This document shows positions 31,578 to 42,597 of a stretch of 64,000 nt of DNA, piece by piece; position 1 is the stretch's first letter, and every line of letters begins with the position of its first letter. The position numbers and the translations under genes were made by a program. A model generated the notes under the pieces. The model saw only the letters and a list, made by a program, of their open reading frames with translations, was not told the DNA's origin and did no database searches. Source of the stretch: Squalus acanthias (taxonomy: Eukaryota); NCBI GenBank assembly GCA_030390025.1, contig JASTWF010000035.1:4030001-4094000 (forward strand), written 5' to 3'.

Positions 31578-33799
31578 AAGCCTTGGCGAGTTGCTGCAGT
31601 GCATCTTGTAGATGGTACACACTGCAGCCACGGTATGCCGGTGGTGGAGGGAGTGGATGTTTAAGGTGGTGGGCGGGGTGCCAATCAAGCGGGCTGCTTT
31701 GTCCTGGATGTTGTCGAGCTTCTTGAGTGTTGTTGGAGCTGCACTCATCCAGGCAAGTGGAGAGTATTCCATCACACTCCTTGTGCCTTGTAGATGGTGG
31801 AATGGCTTTGGGGAGTCAGGAGGTGAGACACTCGCCGCAAAATACCCAGTCTCTGACCTGCTCTTGTTGCCACAGTATTTATGTGGCTGGTCCAGTTAAG
31901 TTTCTGGTGAATGGTGACCCCCAGGATGTTGATAGTGGGGGATTCGGCGATGGTAATGCCATTGAATGTCAAGGGGAGGTGGTTAGACTCTCACTTGTTG
32001 GAGATAGTCATTGCCTGGCACTTCTGTGGCGCGAATGTTACCTGCCACTTATCAGCCCAAGCCTGAACGTCGTCCAGGTCTTGTTGCATGCGGGCATGGA
32101 CTGCTTCATTATCTGAGGAGTTGCGAATGGCGCTGAACACTGTGCAGACATCACTGAACATCCCCATTTCTGACCTTATGTTGGAGGGAAGGTCATTGAT
32201 GAAGCAGCTGAAGATGGTTGGGCCGAGGACACTGCCCTGAGGAACTCATGCAGCGATGTCCTGGGGCTGTGATGATTGACCTTCAACCACCACAACCATC
32301 TTCCTTTGTGCTAGGTATGACTCCAGCCAGTGGAGAGTTTTCCTCCCGATTCCCATTGACTTCAGTTTTACTAGGGCTCCTTGATGCTACACTTGATCAA
32401 ATGCTGCCTTGATGTCAAGGGCAGTCACTCTCACCTCACCTCTGGAATTCAGCTCCTTTGTCCATGTTTGGACCAAGGCTGTAATGAGGTCGGGAGCTGA
32501 GTGGTCTTGGCGGAACCCAAACTGGGCATCGGTGAGCTGGTTATTGGTGAGTAAGTGCCGCTTGATAGCACTGTCGATGACACCTTCCATCACTTTGCTG
32601 ATGATTGAGAGTAGACTGATGGGGCGGTAATTGGCCGGATTGGATTTGTCATGCTTTCTGTGGACAGGACATACCTGGGCAGTTTTCTACATTGTGGGAT
32701 AGATGCCAGTGTTGTAGCTGTACTGGAACAGCTTGGCTAGAGGCACGGCTAGTTCTGGAGCATAAGTCTTCACCACGATAGCCGGGATGTTGTCGGGGCC
32801 CATAGCCTTTGCTGTATCCAGTGTGCTCATCCGTTTCTTGATATCACCTGGAGTGAATCGAATTGACTGAAGACTGGCTTCTGTGATGGTGGGGACTTCA
32901 GGAGGAGGCCGAGATGGATCATCCACTCGGCACTTCTGGCTGAAGATGGTTGCAAACGCTTCAGCCTTGTCTTTTGCACTCACGTGCTGGGCTCCTCCAT
33001 CATTGAGGATGGGGATATTCATGGAGCCTCCTCCTCACATTAGTTGTTTAATGGTCCACCACCATTCACGACTGGATGTGGCAGGACTGCAGAGCTTTGA
33101 TCTGATCCGTTGATTGTGGGATCGCTTAGTCCTGTCTATTGCATGCTGCTTCCGCTTTTTAGCATGCATGTAGTCCTGTGTTGCAGCTTCCCCAGGTTGG
33201 CACCTCATTTTTAGGTACGCCTGGTGCTGCTCCTGGCATGCTCTTCTACACTGCTTATTGAACCAGGGTTGGTCCCCTGGCTTAATGGCAATGGTAGAGT
33301 GAGAGATATGCCGGGCCATGAGGTTACAGATTGTGGTGGAATACAATTCTGCTGCTGCTGATGGCCCACAGTGCCTCATGGATGCCCAGTTTTGAGCTGC
33401 TAGATCTGTTCTGAATCTATCCCATTTAGTACTGTGGTAGTGCCACACCACACGATGGAGGGTGTCCTCAGTGTGAAGATGGGACTTCATCTCCACAATG
33501 ACTGTGCGGTGGTCACTGCTACCAATACTGTCATGGACAGATGCATCTGTGACAGGTAGATTGGTGAGGACGAGGTCAAGTAGGTTTTTCCCTCGTGTTG
33601 GTTCTCTCACCACCTGTCACAGGCCCAGACTGGCAGTTATGTCCTTCAGGACTCGGCCAGCTCAGTCAATAGTGGTGCTACCGAGCCAGTCTTGGTGATG
33701 GACATTGAAGTCCCCCACCCAGAGGACATTCTGTGCCCTTGCTACTCTCAGTGCTTCTTCAAGTGGTGTTCAACATGGAGGAGTACTGATTCATCAGCT
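31578..33799 (-). mobile_element. Second non-LTR family (CR1/L2 group, 'family B'), EN+RT, degenerate, both ends truncated
   Basis: WVGDFNVHH, EPTRGKNLLDLVLTN, SDH, AMGPDNIP, QFGFR, ALDIKAAFD and PQGSVLGP across frameshifted ORFs. The exact clade cannot be fixed by eye. Confidence 0.88.
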
Positions 33800-34025
33800 A
33801 CATAGACAACAAAGGACGACAATGACAAAAGGGAATACGAAAATGTTAGGAAAGAAGTCAAACAAACTATTAGGAAGCCAAAGAGAAACTATGAAATTAA
33901 ATTATCAAGGAATATAAAGAAATAGTAAAGTATTCAACAGACATGTAAATAAGAAAAGAAAAATCAGGATGGGGATAACGCCACGAAGGGATACACACGA
34001 TAAACTCACAGTTAATGACAGCGAC
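33800..34025 (+). mobile_element. Short CR1 ORF2 linker fragment
   Basis: Frameshifted translation resembling KRNYEIKLSRNIK…SKVFNRHVNKKRK, the same region as YESKLAKNIK…KSFYKYVKRKR at ~31030-31100. Confidence 0.65.
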
Positions 34026-34026
34026 G

Positions 34027-37000
34027 TAGGAACATAGGAACATCGGAACATAGGAACATGGGAACATGGGAACATGGGAACATGGGAACATGGGAACATG
34101 GGAACATCAGAACATGGGAACATGGGAACATGGGAACATGGGAACATCGGAACATGGGAACATGGGAACATGGAAACATGGGAACATGGGAACAAGGGAA
34201 CATCGGAACATCGGAACATAGGAACAAGGGAACATCTGAACATCTGAACATGGGAACATGGGAACATGGGAACATGGGAACATGGGAACATGGAAACATG
34301 GGAACATGGGAACATGGGAACAAGGGAACATCGGAACATAGGAACAAGGGAACATCGGAACATCGGAACATCGGAACATCGGAACATAGGAACAAGGGAA
34401 CATCGGAACATGGGAACATGGGAACATGGGAACATGGGAACATCGGAACATCGGAACATGGGAACATCGGAACATAGGAACATCGGAACATAGGAACATC
34501 GGAACAAGGGAACATGGGAACATCGGAACATGGGAACATGGAAACATGGGAACATGGGAACATGGGAACAAGGGAACATCGGAACATAGGAACAAGGGAA
34601 CATCGGAACATCGGAACATCGGAACATAGGAACAAGGGAACATCGGAACATGGGAACATGGGAACATAGGAACATCGGAACATAGGAACATCGGAACAAG
34701 GGAACATGGGAACATCGGAACATGGGAACATGGAAACATGGGAACATGGGAACATGGGAACAAGGGAACATCGGAACATAGGAACAAGGGAACATCGGAA
34801 CATCGGAACATCGGAACATAGGAACAAGGGAACATCGGAACATGGGAACATGGGAACATGGGAACATCGGAACATCGGAACATGGGAACATCGGAACATA
34901 GGAACATCGGAACATAGGAACATCGGAACAAGGGAACATGGGAACATCGGAACATGGGAACATGGGAACATGGGAACATCGGAACAAGGGAACATCGGAA
35001 CAAGGGAACATCGGAACATCGGAACATGGGAACATGGGAACATGGGAACATGGGAACATGGGAACATCGGAACATGGGAACATGGGAACATCGGAACATG
35101 GGAACATGGGAACATGGGAACATCGGAACATGGGAACATCGGAACAAGGGAACATCGGAACATCGGAACATGGGAACATGGGAACATGGGAACATGGGAA
35201 CATGGGAACATCGGAACATGGGAACATGGGAACATCGGAACATGGGAACATGGGAACATGGGAACATCGGAACATGGGAACATAGGAACATCGGAACATA
35301 GGAACATCGGAACAAGGGAACATGGGAACATCGGAACATGGGAACATGGGAACATCGGAACATGGGAACATCGGAACAAGGGAACATCGGAACATGGGAA
35401 CATGGGAACATGGGAACATGGGAACATCGGAACATGGGAACATGGGAACATCGGAACATGGGAACATCGGAACATAGGAACATCGGAACATAGGAACATC
35501 GGAACAAGGGAACATGGGAACATCGGAACATGGGAACATGGGAACATGGGAACATGGGAACATCGGAACATGGGAACATGGGAACATGGGAACATGGAAA
35601 CATGGGAACATGGGAACAAGGGAACATCGGAACATCGGAACATAGGAACAAGGGAACATCTGAACATCGGAACATGGGAACATGGGAACATGGGAACATG
35701 GGAACATGGAAACATGGGAACATGGGAACATGGGAACAAGGGAACATCGGAACATAGGAACAAGGGAACATCGGAACATCGGAACATCGGAACATAGGAA
35801 CAAGGGAACATCGGAACATCGGAACATGGGAACATGGGAACATGGGAACATCGGAACATCGGAACATGGGAACATCGGAACATAGGAACATCGGAACATA
35901 GGAACATCGGAACAAGGGAACATGGGAACATCGGAACATGGGAACATGGGAACATGGGAACATCGGAACAAGGGAACATCGGAACAAGGGAACATCGGAA
36001 CATGGGAACATGGGAACATGGGAACATGGGAACATGGGAACATCGGAACATGGGAACATGGGAACATGGGAACATGGGAACATCGGAACATGGGAACATA
36101 GGAACATCGGAACATAGGAACATCGGAACAAGGGAACATGGGAACATCGGAACATGGGAACATCGGAACAAGGGAACATCGGAACATGGGAACATGGGAA
36201 CATGGGAACATGGGAACATCGGAACATGGGAACATGGGAACATGGGAACATCGGAACATCGGAACATGGGAACATCGGAACATAGGAACATCGGAACATA
36301 GGAACATCGGAACAAGGGAACATGGGAACATCGGAACATGGGAACATGGGAACATGGGAACATGGGAACATCGGAACATAGGAACATCGGAACAAGGGAA
36401 CATGGGAACATCGGAACATGGGAACATGGGAACATCGGAACATCGGAACATCGGAACAAGGGAACATCGGAACATGGGAACATGGGAACATGGGAACATG
36501 GGAACATCGGAACATGGGAACATGGGAACATGGGAACATGGGAACATAGGAACATCGGAACATAGGAACATCGGAACAAGGGAACATGGGAACATCGGAA
36601 CAAGGGAACATCGGAACATCGGAACATCGGAACATCGGAACATGGGAACATGGGAACATAGGAACATCGGAACATAGGAACATCGGAACAAGGGAACATG
36701 GGAACATGGGAACATGGGAACATCGGAACAAGGGAACATCGGAACATGGGAACATGGGAACATCAGAACATGGGAACATGGGAACATGGGAACATGGGAA
36801 CATCGGAACAAGGGAACATCGGAACATCGGAACATCGGAACATGGGAACATGGGAACAAGGGAACATCGGAACATGGGAACATGGGAATATGGGAACATC
36901 GGAACATGGGAACATGGGAACATGGGAACATTGGAACATCGGAACATCGGAACAAGGGAACATCGGAACATCGGAACATCGGAACATGGGAACATCGGAA

Positions 37001-37233
37001 CAAGGGAACATCGGAACATCGGAACATCGGAACATGGGAACATGGGAACAAGGGAACATCGGAACATCGGAACATGGGAACATCGGAACATCGGAACATG
37101 GGAACATGGGAACATAGGAACATCGGAACATGGGAACAAGGGAACATGGGAACATGGGAACATGGGAACATCGGAACATGGGAACATGGGAACATCGGAA
37201 CATGGGAACATGGGAACATGGGAACATAGGAAC
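34027..37233. repeat. 8-bp tandem array GGAACA(TG/TC/TA/AG), ~400 copies
   Basis: Strict 8-bp period with four main variants, contiguous with the CATAGGAA tail unit of the adjacent CR1. Confidence 0.98.
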
Positions 37234-38188
37234 AGGAGGAGGTCATTCAGCCCCTCGAGCCTGTTCCGCCATTCAATGAGATCACGGCTGATCTGTGACC
37301 TAACTCCATCTCCCCGCCTTTGGCCCATATCCCTTAATACCTTTGGTTAACAAAAGCCTATCAATCTCCGATTTCAAATTAACAATTGATCTAGCATCAA
37401 TTGCCATTTGTGGAAGAACGTTCCAAACTTCTACCACCCTTTGTGTGTAGAAGTGTTTCCTAATTGCACTTCTGAAAGGTCTGGCTCTAATTTTTAGACT
37501 CTGCCCCCTAGTCCCAGAATCCCCAACCAGCGGAAATAGTTTCTCTCTATCCACCCTATCTGTTCCCCTTAATATCCCGAAAACTTCGATCAGATCACCC
37601 CTTAACCTTCTAAATTCTAGGGAATACAACCCTAATTTGTGTAATCTCTCCTAGTAATTTAACCCCTCGAGTACCAGTCCATTCTGGTCAACCTACGCTG
37701 CAGTCCCTCCAAGGCCAGTATATCCTTCCTAAGGTGTGGTGCCCAGAACTGCTCACAGTGCTCCAGGTGTGGTCTAACCAGGGTTTTGTACAGCTGCAGC
37801 ATAACTTCTACCCCCTTGTATTCTAGTCCTCTAGATATAAAGGCCAGCATCCCATTAGCCTTTTTGATTCTTTTCTGTACCTGTTCTTAACATTTTTTAA
37901 TGATCTATGTACCTGGACCCCCAAGTCTCTTTGGACCTCCACTGTTTCTAGATTTTCACCATTTAGAAAGTACCCTGTTCTATCCTTTTTAGGTCCAAAG
38001 TGGATGACCTCACATTCGTCTATATTGAAATCCATTTGCCACCGTTTTGCCCATTCGCTTAATCTATTAATATCTCTTTGTAATTTTATGCTTCCATCTA
38101 CACTGCTTACAATGTTGCCTATCTTTGTGTCATCGGGAAATTTGGATATATGACTTTCTATCCCATCATCTAAGTCGTTAATAAATAC
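37226..38188 (-). mobile_element. CR1 3' portion (RT C-terminus and 3' UTR), degenerate
   Basis: FINDLDDGIESHISKFPDD, QRDLGV, LVRPHLE and GIKGYGPKAGRWS*. The 3' UTR is similar to that at 20776-20865. Confidence 0.92.
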
Positions 38189-38456
38189 TGAGGGACGGGT
38201 AAGGGAACCAAAGCAAGGGTTCCTTGGATGACGAGGGAGATAGAGAAGATGTTGAAACAAAAAAAGAGGGTGTATGATGCATGTCAGGTGAATTCTTCAA
38301 GGGAGAACCAGACCAAATACAATAAATTGAGAGGGGAAGTGAAGATGAAAATAAGATTGGCAAAGAGAGAATATGACAGGATGTACTAGAAAGGCTGGGT
38401 ATGCTTAGAGTGGATAAGTCACCTGGTCCAGATGGCTTGCATCCCAGGTTGCTCAA
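38189..38456 (+). mobile_element. CR1 ORF2 fragment with internal deletion
   Basis: PWMTRE linker joined to GACAGGATGTACTAGAAAGGCTGGGTATGCTTAGAGTGGA, which is the reverse complement of ~40947-40986 (same family). Confidence 0.75.
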
Positions 38457-38458
38457 GA

Positions 38459-38785
38459 TAGGCTGACACTTCAGTGCAGTGCCGAGGGAGTGCTGCACCG
38501 TCGGAGGTGCCTTCTTTTGGATGAGATGTTAAGCTGAGGCCCCGTCTGCTCTCTCAGGTGGACGTAAAAGATCCCAAGGCACTATTTTGAAGAAGAACAG
38601 GGGAGTTCTCCCCGGTGTCCTGGCCAATATTTATCCCTCAATCACATTGCTGTTTGTGGGAAATTGGCTGCTGCGTTTCCCACATTGCAACAGTGACTAT
38701 ATTTCAAAAGTACTTCATTGGTTGTAAAGTGCTTTAAGACGTCCGGTGGTCGTGAAAGGCGCTATATAAATGCAAGTAAGTCTTT
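38459..38785 (+). mobile_element. DeuSINE-type SINE (SacSINE1/AmnSINE1-like), tRNA head missing
   Basis: Deu-domain-like GAGGTGCC…GGATGAGATGTTAA…GAGGCCCCGTCTGC…AAAAGATCCCA, and 3' end GAAAGGCGCTATATAAATGCAAGT. Family recognised from memory, not searched. Confidence 0.75.
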
Positions 38786-38789
38786 CTTA

Positions 38790-39060
38790 AATCTTTTCTG
38801 CATCCTCTCCAAGGCCTTCATATCCTTCTAAAGTGCAGTACCCAGAATTGAACACAATACTCCAATTGAGGCCGAACCAGTGTTTTATAAAGGCTCATCA
38901 TAACTTCCTTGCTTTTGTACTCGATGCCTCTATTTATGAAGCCCAGTATCCCGTATGCTTTCTTAACCGCTTTCTCAACCTGCCCTGCCACCTTCAACGA
39001 TTCCTGCACCTATACCCCCAGGTCTCTCTGTTCATGCACTGCATTTAAAATTATACCATT
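38790..39060 (-). mobile_element. CR1 RT C-terminal fragment
   Basis: KAYGILGFINRGIEYKSKEVMMSLYKTLVRPQLEYCVQFW. Confidence 0.85.
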
Positions 39061-39062
39061 TC

Positions 39063-39495
39063 GTTTTTTTCCATTCGTTTATGGGATGTGGGCGTCGCTG
39101 GCAAGCCCAGCATTTATTGCCCATCCCCAGTTGCCCTTGAGAAGGTGGTGGTGAGCCGCCTACTTGAACCGCTGCAGTCCGTGTGGTGAAGGTGCTCCCA
39201 CAGTGCTGTTAGGGAGGGAGTTCCAGGATTTTGACCCAGTGACGATGAAGGATCGGCGATATACTTCCAAGTAGGAAGGTGACTTGGAGGGGAACTTGGA
39301 GGTGGTGGTGTTCCCGTGCGTCTGCTGCCCTTGTCCTTCTAGGTGGAAGAGGTTGCGGGTTTGGGAGGTGCTGTAAAAGAAGCCTTGGCGAGTTGCTGCA
39401 GTGCATCTTGTAGATGGTACACACTGCAGCCACGGTACGCCGGTGGTGGAGGGAGTGAATGTTTAAGGAGGTGGATGGGGTGCCAATCAAACGGG
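39063..39495 (-). mobile_element. 3' end of a family B LINE
   Basis: Closely matches 42600-43020 (ATGGGATGTGGGCGTCGCTGGCAAG…). Translation NIHSLHHRRTVAAVCTIYKMHCSNSPRLL. Confidence 0.88.
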
Positions 39496-39509
39496 CACAA
39501 ACGGAAGGC

Positions 39510-39750
39510 GCAAAGCAAACCAATTTTTCCCCCTTAATCTCTCCTGCCTTCTATCCTATCACAGACCTTCCCTTTTGTTCTTTCCTCCCCTCCCCCCTTT
39601 CCCTGCCCCTGCACTTGCTTAAAAACCTGTTCCATCTCCAGCTTTTTCCAGTTCTGACGAAAGGTCTTCGACCTGAAAGGTTAACTCTGTTTCTCTCTCC
39701 ACAGATGCTGCCTGACCTGCTGAGTATTTCCAGCATTTTCTGTTTTTATT
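39510..39750 (+). mobile_element. Penelope-like element 3' UTR/pLTR fragment
   Basis: Pyrimidine-rich stretch, a hammerhead-like motif, then CACAGATGCTGCCTGACCTGCTGAGTATTTCCAGCA. No coding part is retained, so the assignment rests on the ribozyme context. Confidence 0.65.
39650..39686 (+). ncRNA. Minimal type I hammerhead ribozyme, stem III mutated
   Basis: AGTT-CTGACGA-A-AGGTC(TTC)GACCT-GAAA-GGTT-AACT. Stems I and II pair and both core boxes are intact. A C at 39679 would give the palindrome AACGTT. Confidence 0.7.
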
Positions 39751-41235
39751 ACCCCTCAACCTCCTTTGCTCTAATGAAAACAAATCCAGCTTCTCCAACC
39801 TGTCCTTGTAGCTAAGATCCCTCATCCCTGGAACCATTCTTGTAAATCTCCTCTGCACCCTCTCAAGGGCCTTCACATCCTTCCTAAAGTGTGGTGACCA
39901 GAACTGGATGCATTACTCCAGTTGTGGCCTAACCAGCGCTTTATAAAGGTTCAGCATAACTTCTCTACTTTTGTACTCAATACCTCTATTTATGAAGCCC
40001 AAGATCCCATATGCTTTGCTAACCACTCTCTCAATATGTCCTGCCACCTTCAGGGACCTTATGCACATTAACTCCCAGGTCCCTCTGTCCCTGCACACTC
40101 TTTAAAACTGTGCCATTAAGTGTATATTGCCCCTCCCTGTTCCTTCTGCCAAAGTGTATCATCTCACACTTCTCTGTATTAAATTCCATCTGCCACTTGT
40201 CTGCCCATTCTGCTAGCCTTTCTATGTCCTGTTGCAGTCGATTGGTATCATCCTCACTGTTTGCCACACCCCCAAGTTTGGTGTCATCGGCAAATTTAGA
40301 AATTCTACTCTGTATTCCAATATCCAGGTTATTTATATATATCAAAAAAAGCAGTGGCCCCAGCACTGACCCTTGGGGAACACTACTGTCTACCATCCTC
40401 CAGTCTGAAAAACAGCCATTTACCACAACTCGCTGTTTTCTGTCCTTAAGCCAATTCCTTATCTAAGCTGCCACTGACCCACCTATTCCATGAGCCTCAA
40501 TTTTGTTAACCAGCCTTCTATGTGGTACTTTGTCAAACGCCTTCCTAAAATCCATGTCGACAACATCCATTGCATTCCCTTCATCGATCCTCTCTGTTAC
40601 TTCATCAAAAAATTCAATTAGATTAGTCAAACACGATCTGCCTTTTACAAATCCGTGTTGGCTCTCCTTAATTAGCTTAAATCTCTCCAAGTGCCCATTA
40701 ATTTTTCCTTGCTTATTGTTTCTAAAACTTTACCCACCACTGATGTTAAACTGACCGGCCTGTAGTTACTAGGATTGTCCTTACACCTTTTCTTGAACAA
40801 TGGCGTCACATTTGCCACTTTCCAATCCTCAGGCACCTCCCCCGCATCTCGGGAAGATTGGAAAATTATGGCAAGCCCTTCCGCTATCTCCTCCCCCAAT
40901 TCCCTTAGCAACCTGGGATGCAAGCCATCTGGACGAAGCGACTTGTCCACTCTAAGCATACCCAGCCTTTCTAGTACATCCTGTCTATCAATTTTCACCC
41001 CTTCCATTGCTTCTACCTTTTCCACTTCTACCGATATTTTGTCAGCATCCACCTCCTTAGTAAACACCAATACAAAGTACTCATTGAGTATTCTAGCCTT
41101 GCCCTGCGCCTCTAATCATATATCACCTTTGTCTCTAATAGGCCCCACCCCGCCTCTTACTACCCGCTTACTGTTTACATGCCGGTAGAAGATTTTTGGG
41201 TTCCCTTTTATGTTAACTGCCATTCTACTCTCATG
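39751..41235 (-). mobile_element. CR1 RT region, degenerate
   Basis: NYRPVSLTS, SQHGFVKGRSCLTNL, DFRKAFDKV, VPQGSVLGP and KFADD in successive broken ORFs. Confidence 0.92.
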
Positions 41236-41290
41236 CTATGCTAGTCTAGCCTCCCCTTAAATGCATCTATACTATTCGCTTCAACCACTC

Positions 41291-41838
41291 ACACACACAG
41301 ATAACACACTCGCTCACTAAGCACAAACACAGATAACACACTCGCTCACTAAACACAAACACAGATAACACACTCGCTCACTAAGCACACACACAGATAA
41401 CACACTCGCTCACTAAACACACACACAGATAACACACTCGCTCACTAAACACACACACAGATAACACACTCGCTCACTAAACACACACACAGATAACATA
41501 CTCGCTCACTAAACACACACACAGATAACACACTCGCTCACTAAGCACACACACAGATAACACACTCGCTCACTAAACACAAACACAGATAACACACTCG
41601 CTCACTAAACACACACGCAGATAACACACTCACTCACTAAGCACACACACAGATAACACACTCACTCACTAAGCACACACACAGATAACACACTCGCTCA
41701 CAAAGCACAAACACAGATAACACACTTGCTCACTAAACACAAACACAGATAACACACTCACTCACTAAACACACACACGCACATACAGATATAACACTCG
41801 CTCACTGAACACACACACACAGATAACACACTCGCTCC
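41291..41838. repeat. Detached island of satellite 1 (~17 units)
   Basis: Same 22-bp core with more uniform CA runs and frequent TAAGCAC and CACAAAC variants. Confidence 0.95.
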
Positions 41839-41899
41839 CTCTACACTGTCCCATCAAACACTCCCAGAGCAGGTACAGCATGGGTTAGATACAGAGTTA

Positions 41900-42597
41900 T
41901 CCCACTCTCCCCTCACTCCCCATACCCTTTAATATCTCACCTGGTCTAATCCCTCTCTCCCCCTCACTCCCAATACTCTTTAATATTGCACCCAGTCTAA
42001 TCCCACTCTCCCCCTCACTCCCCGTACCATTTAATATCCCACCCAGTCTAATCCCATTCTCCCGCTCACTCCCCGTATCCTTAATACCCCACCCAGTCTA
42101 ATCTCACTCTCCTGCTCACTCCCCATACCCTTTAATCTCCCACCTGGTCTAATCCCATTCTCCTGCTCACTACCCCACCCCGTCTAATCCCACTCTCCAA
42201 TTACTCCCCGTACCCTTTAATATCCCTCCCAGTCTAATCTCACTCTCCTGCTCACTCCACACACCCTTTAATCTCCCACCCGATCTAATCCCACTCTCCT
42301 GCTCACTACCCCACCCCGTCTAATCCCACTCTCCAATTACTCCCCGTACCCTTTAATATCCCTCCCAGTCTAATCTCACTCTCCTGCTCACTCCACACAC
42401 CCTTTAATCTCCCACCCGATCTAATCCCACTCTCCTGCTCACTACCCCACCCCGTCTAATCCCACTCTCCAATTACTCCCCGTACCCTTTAATATCCCTC
42501 CCAGTCTAATCCCACTCTCCTGCTCACTCCCCATACCCTTTAATATCCAACGCAGTCTATTCCCACTCTCCTCCTCACTCCCCGTACCCTTTAATAT
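41900..42597. repeat. 51-bp minisatellite, block 1 (most diverged)
   Basis: Unit CCCACTCTCCCCCTCACTCCCCGTACCCTTTAATATCCCACCCAGTCTAAT. 136-bp higher-order repeat at 42171, 42307 and 42443. Confidence 0.93.

Noticed and set aside
34027..37233. Telomere-like or p53-site array
   Set aside because: No TTAGGG, and GAACATGGGA lacks the YYY half of RRRCWWGYYY.
33905..37350. ORFs of 900-1100 aa (PMFPCSHV and GTWEHGNM repeats)
   Set aside because: An 8-bp repeat without minus-strand stops is open in all three frames.
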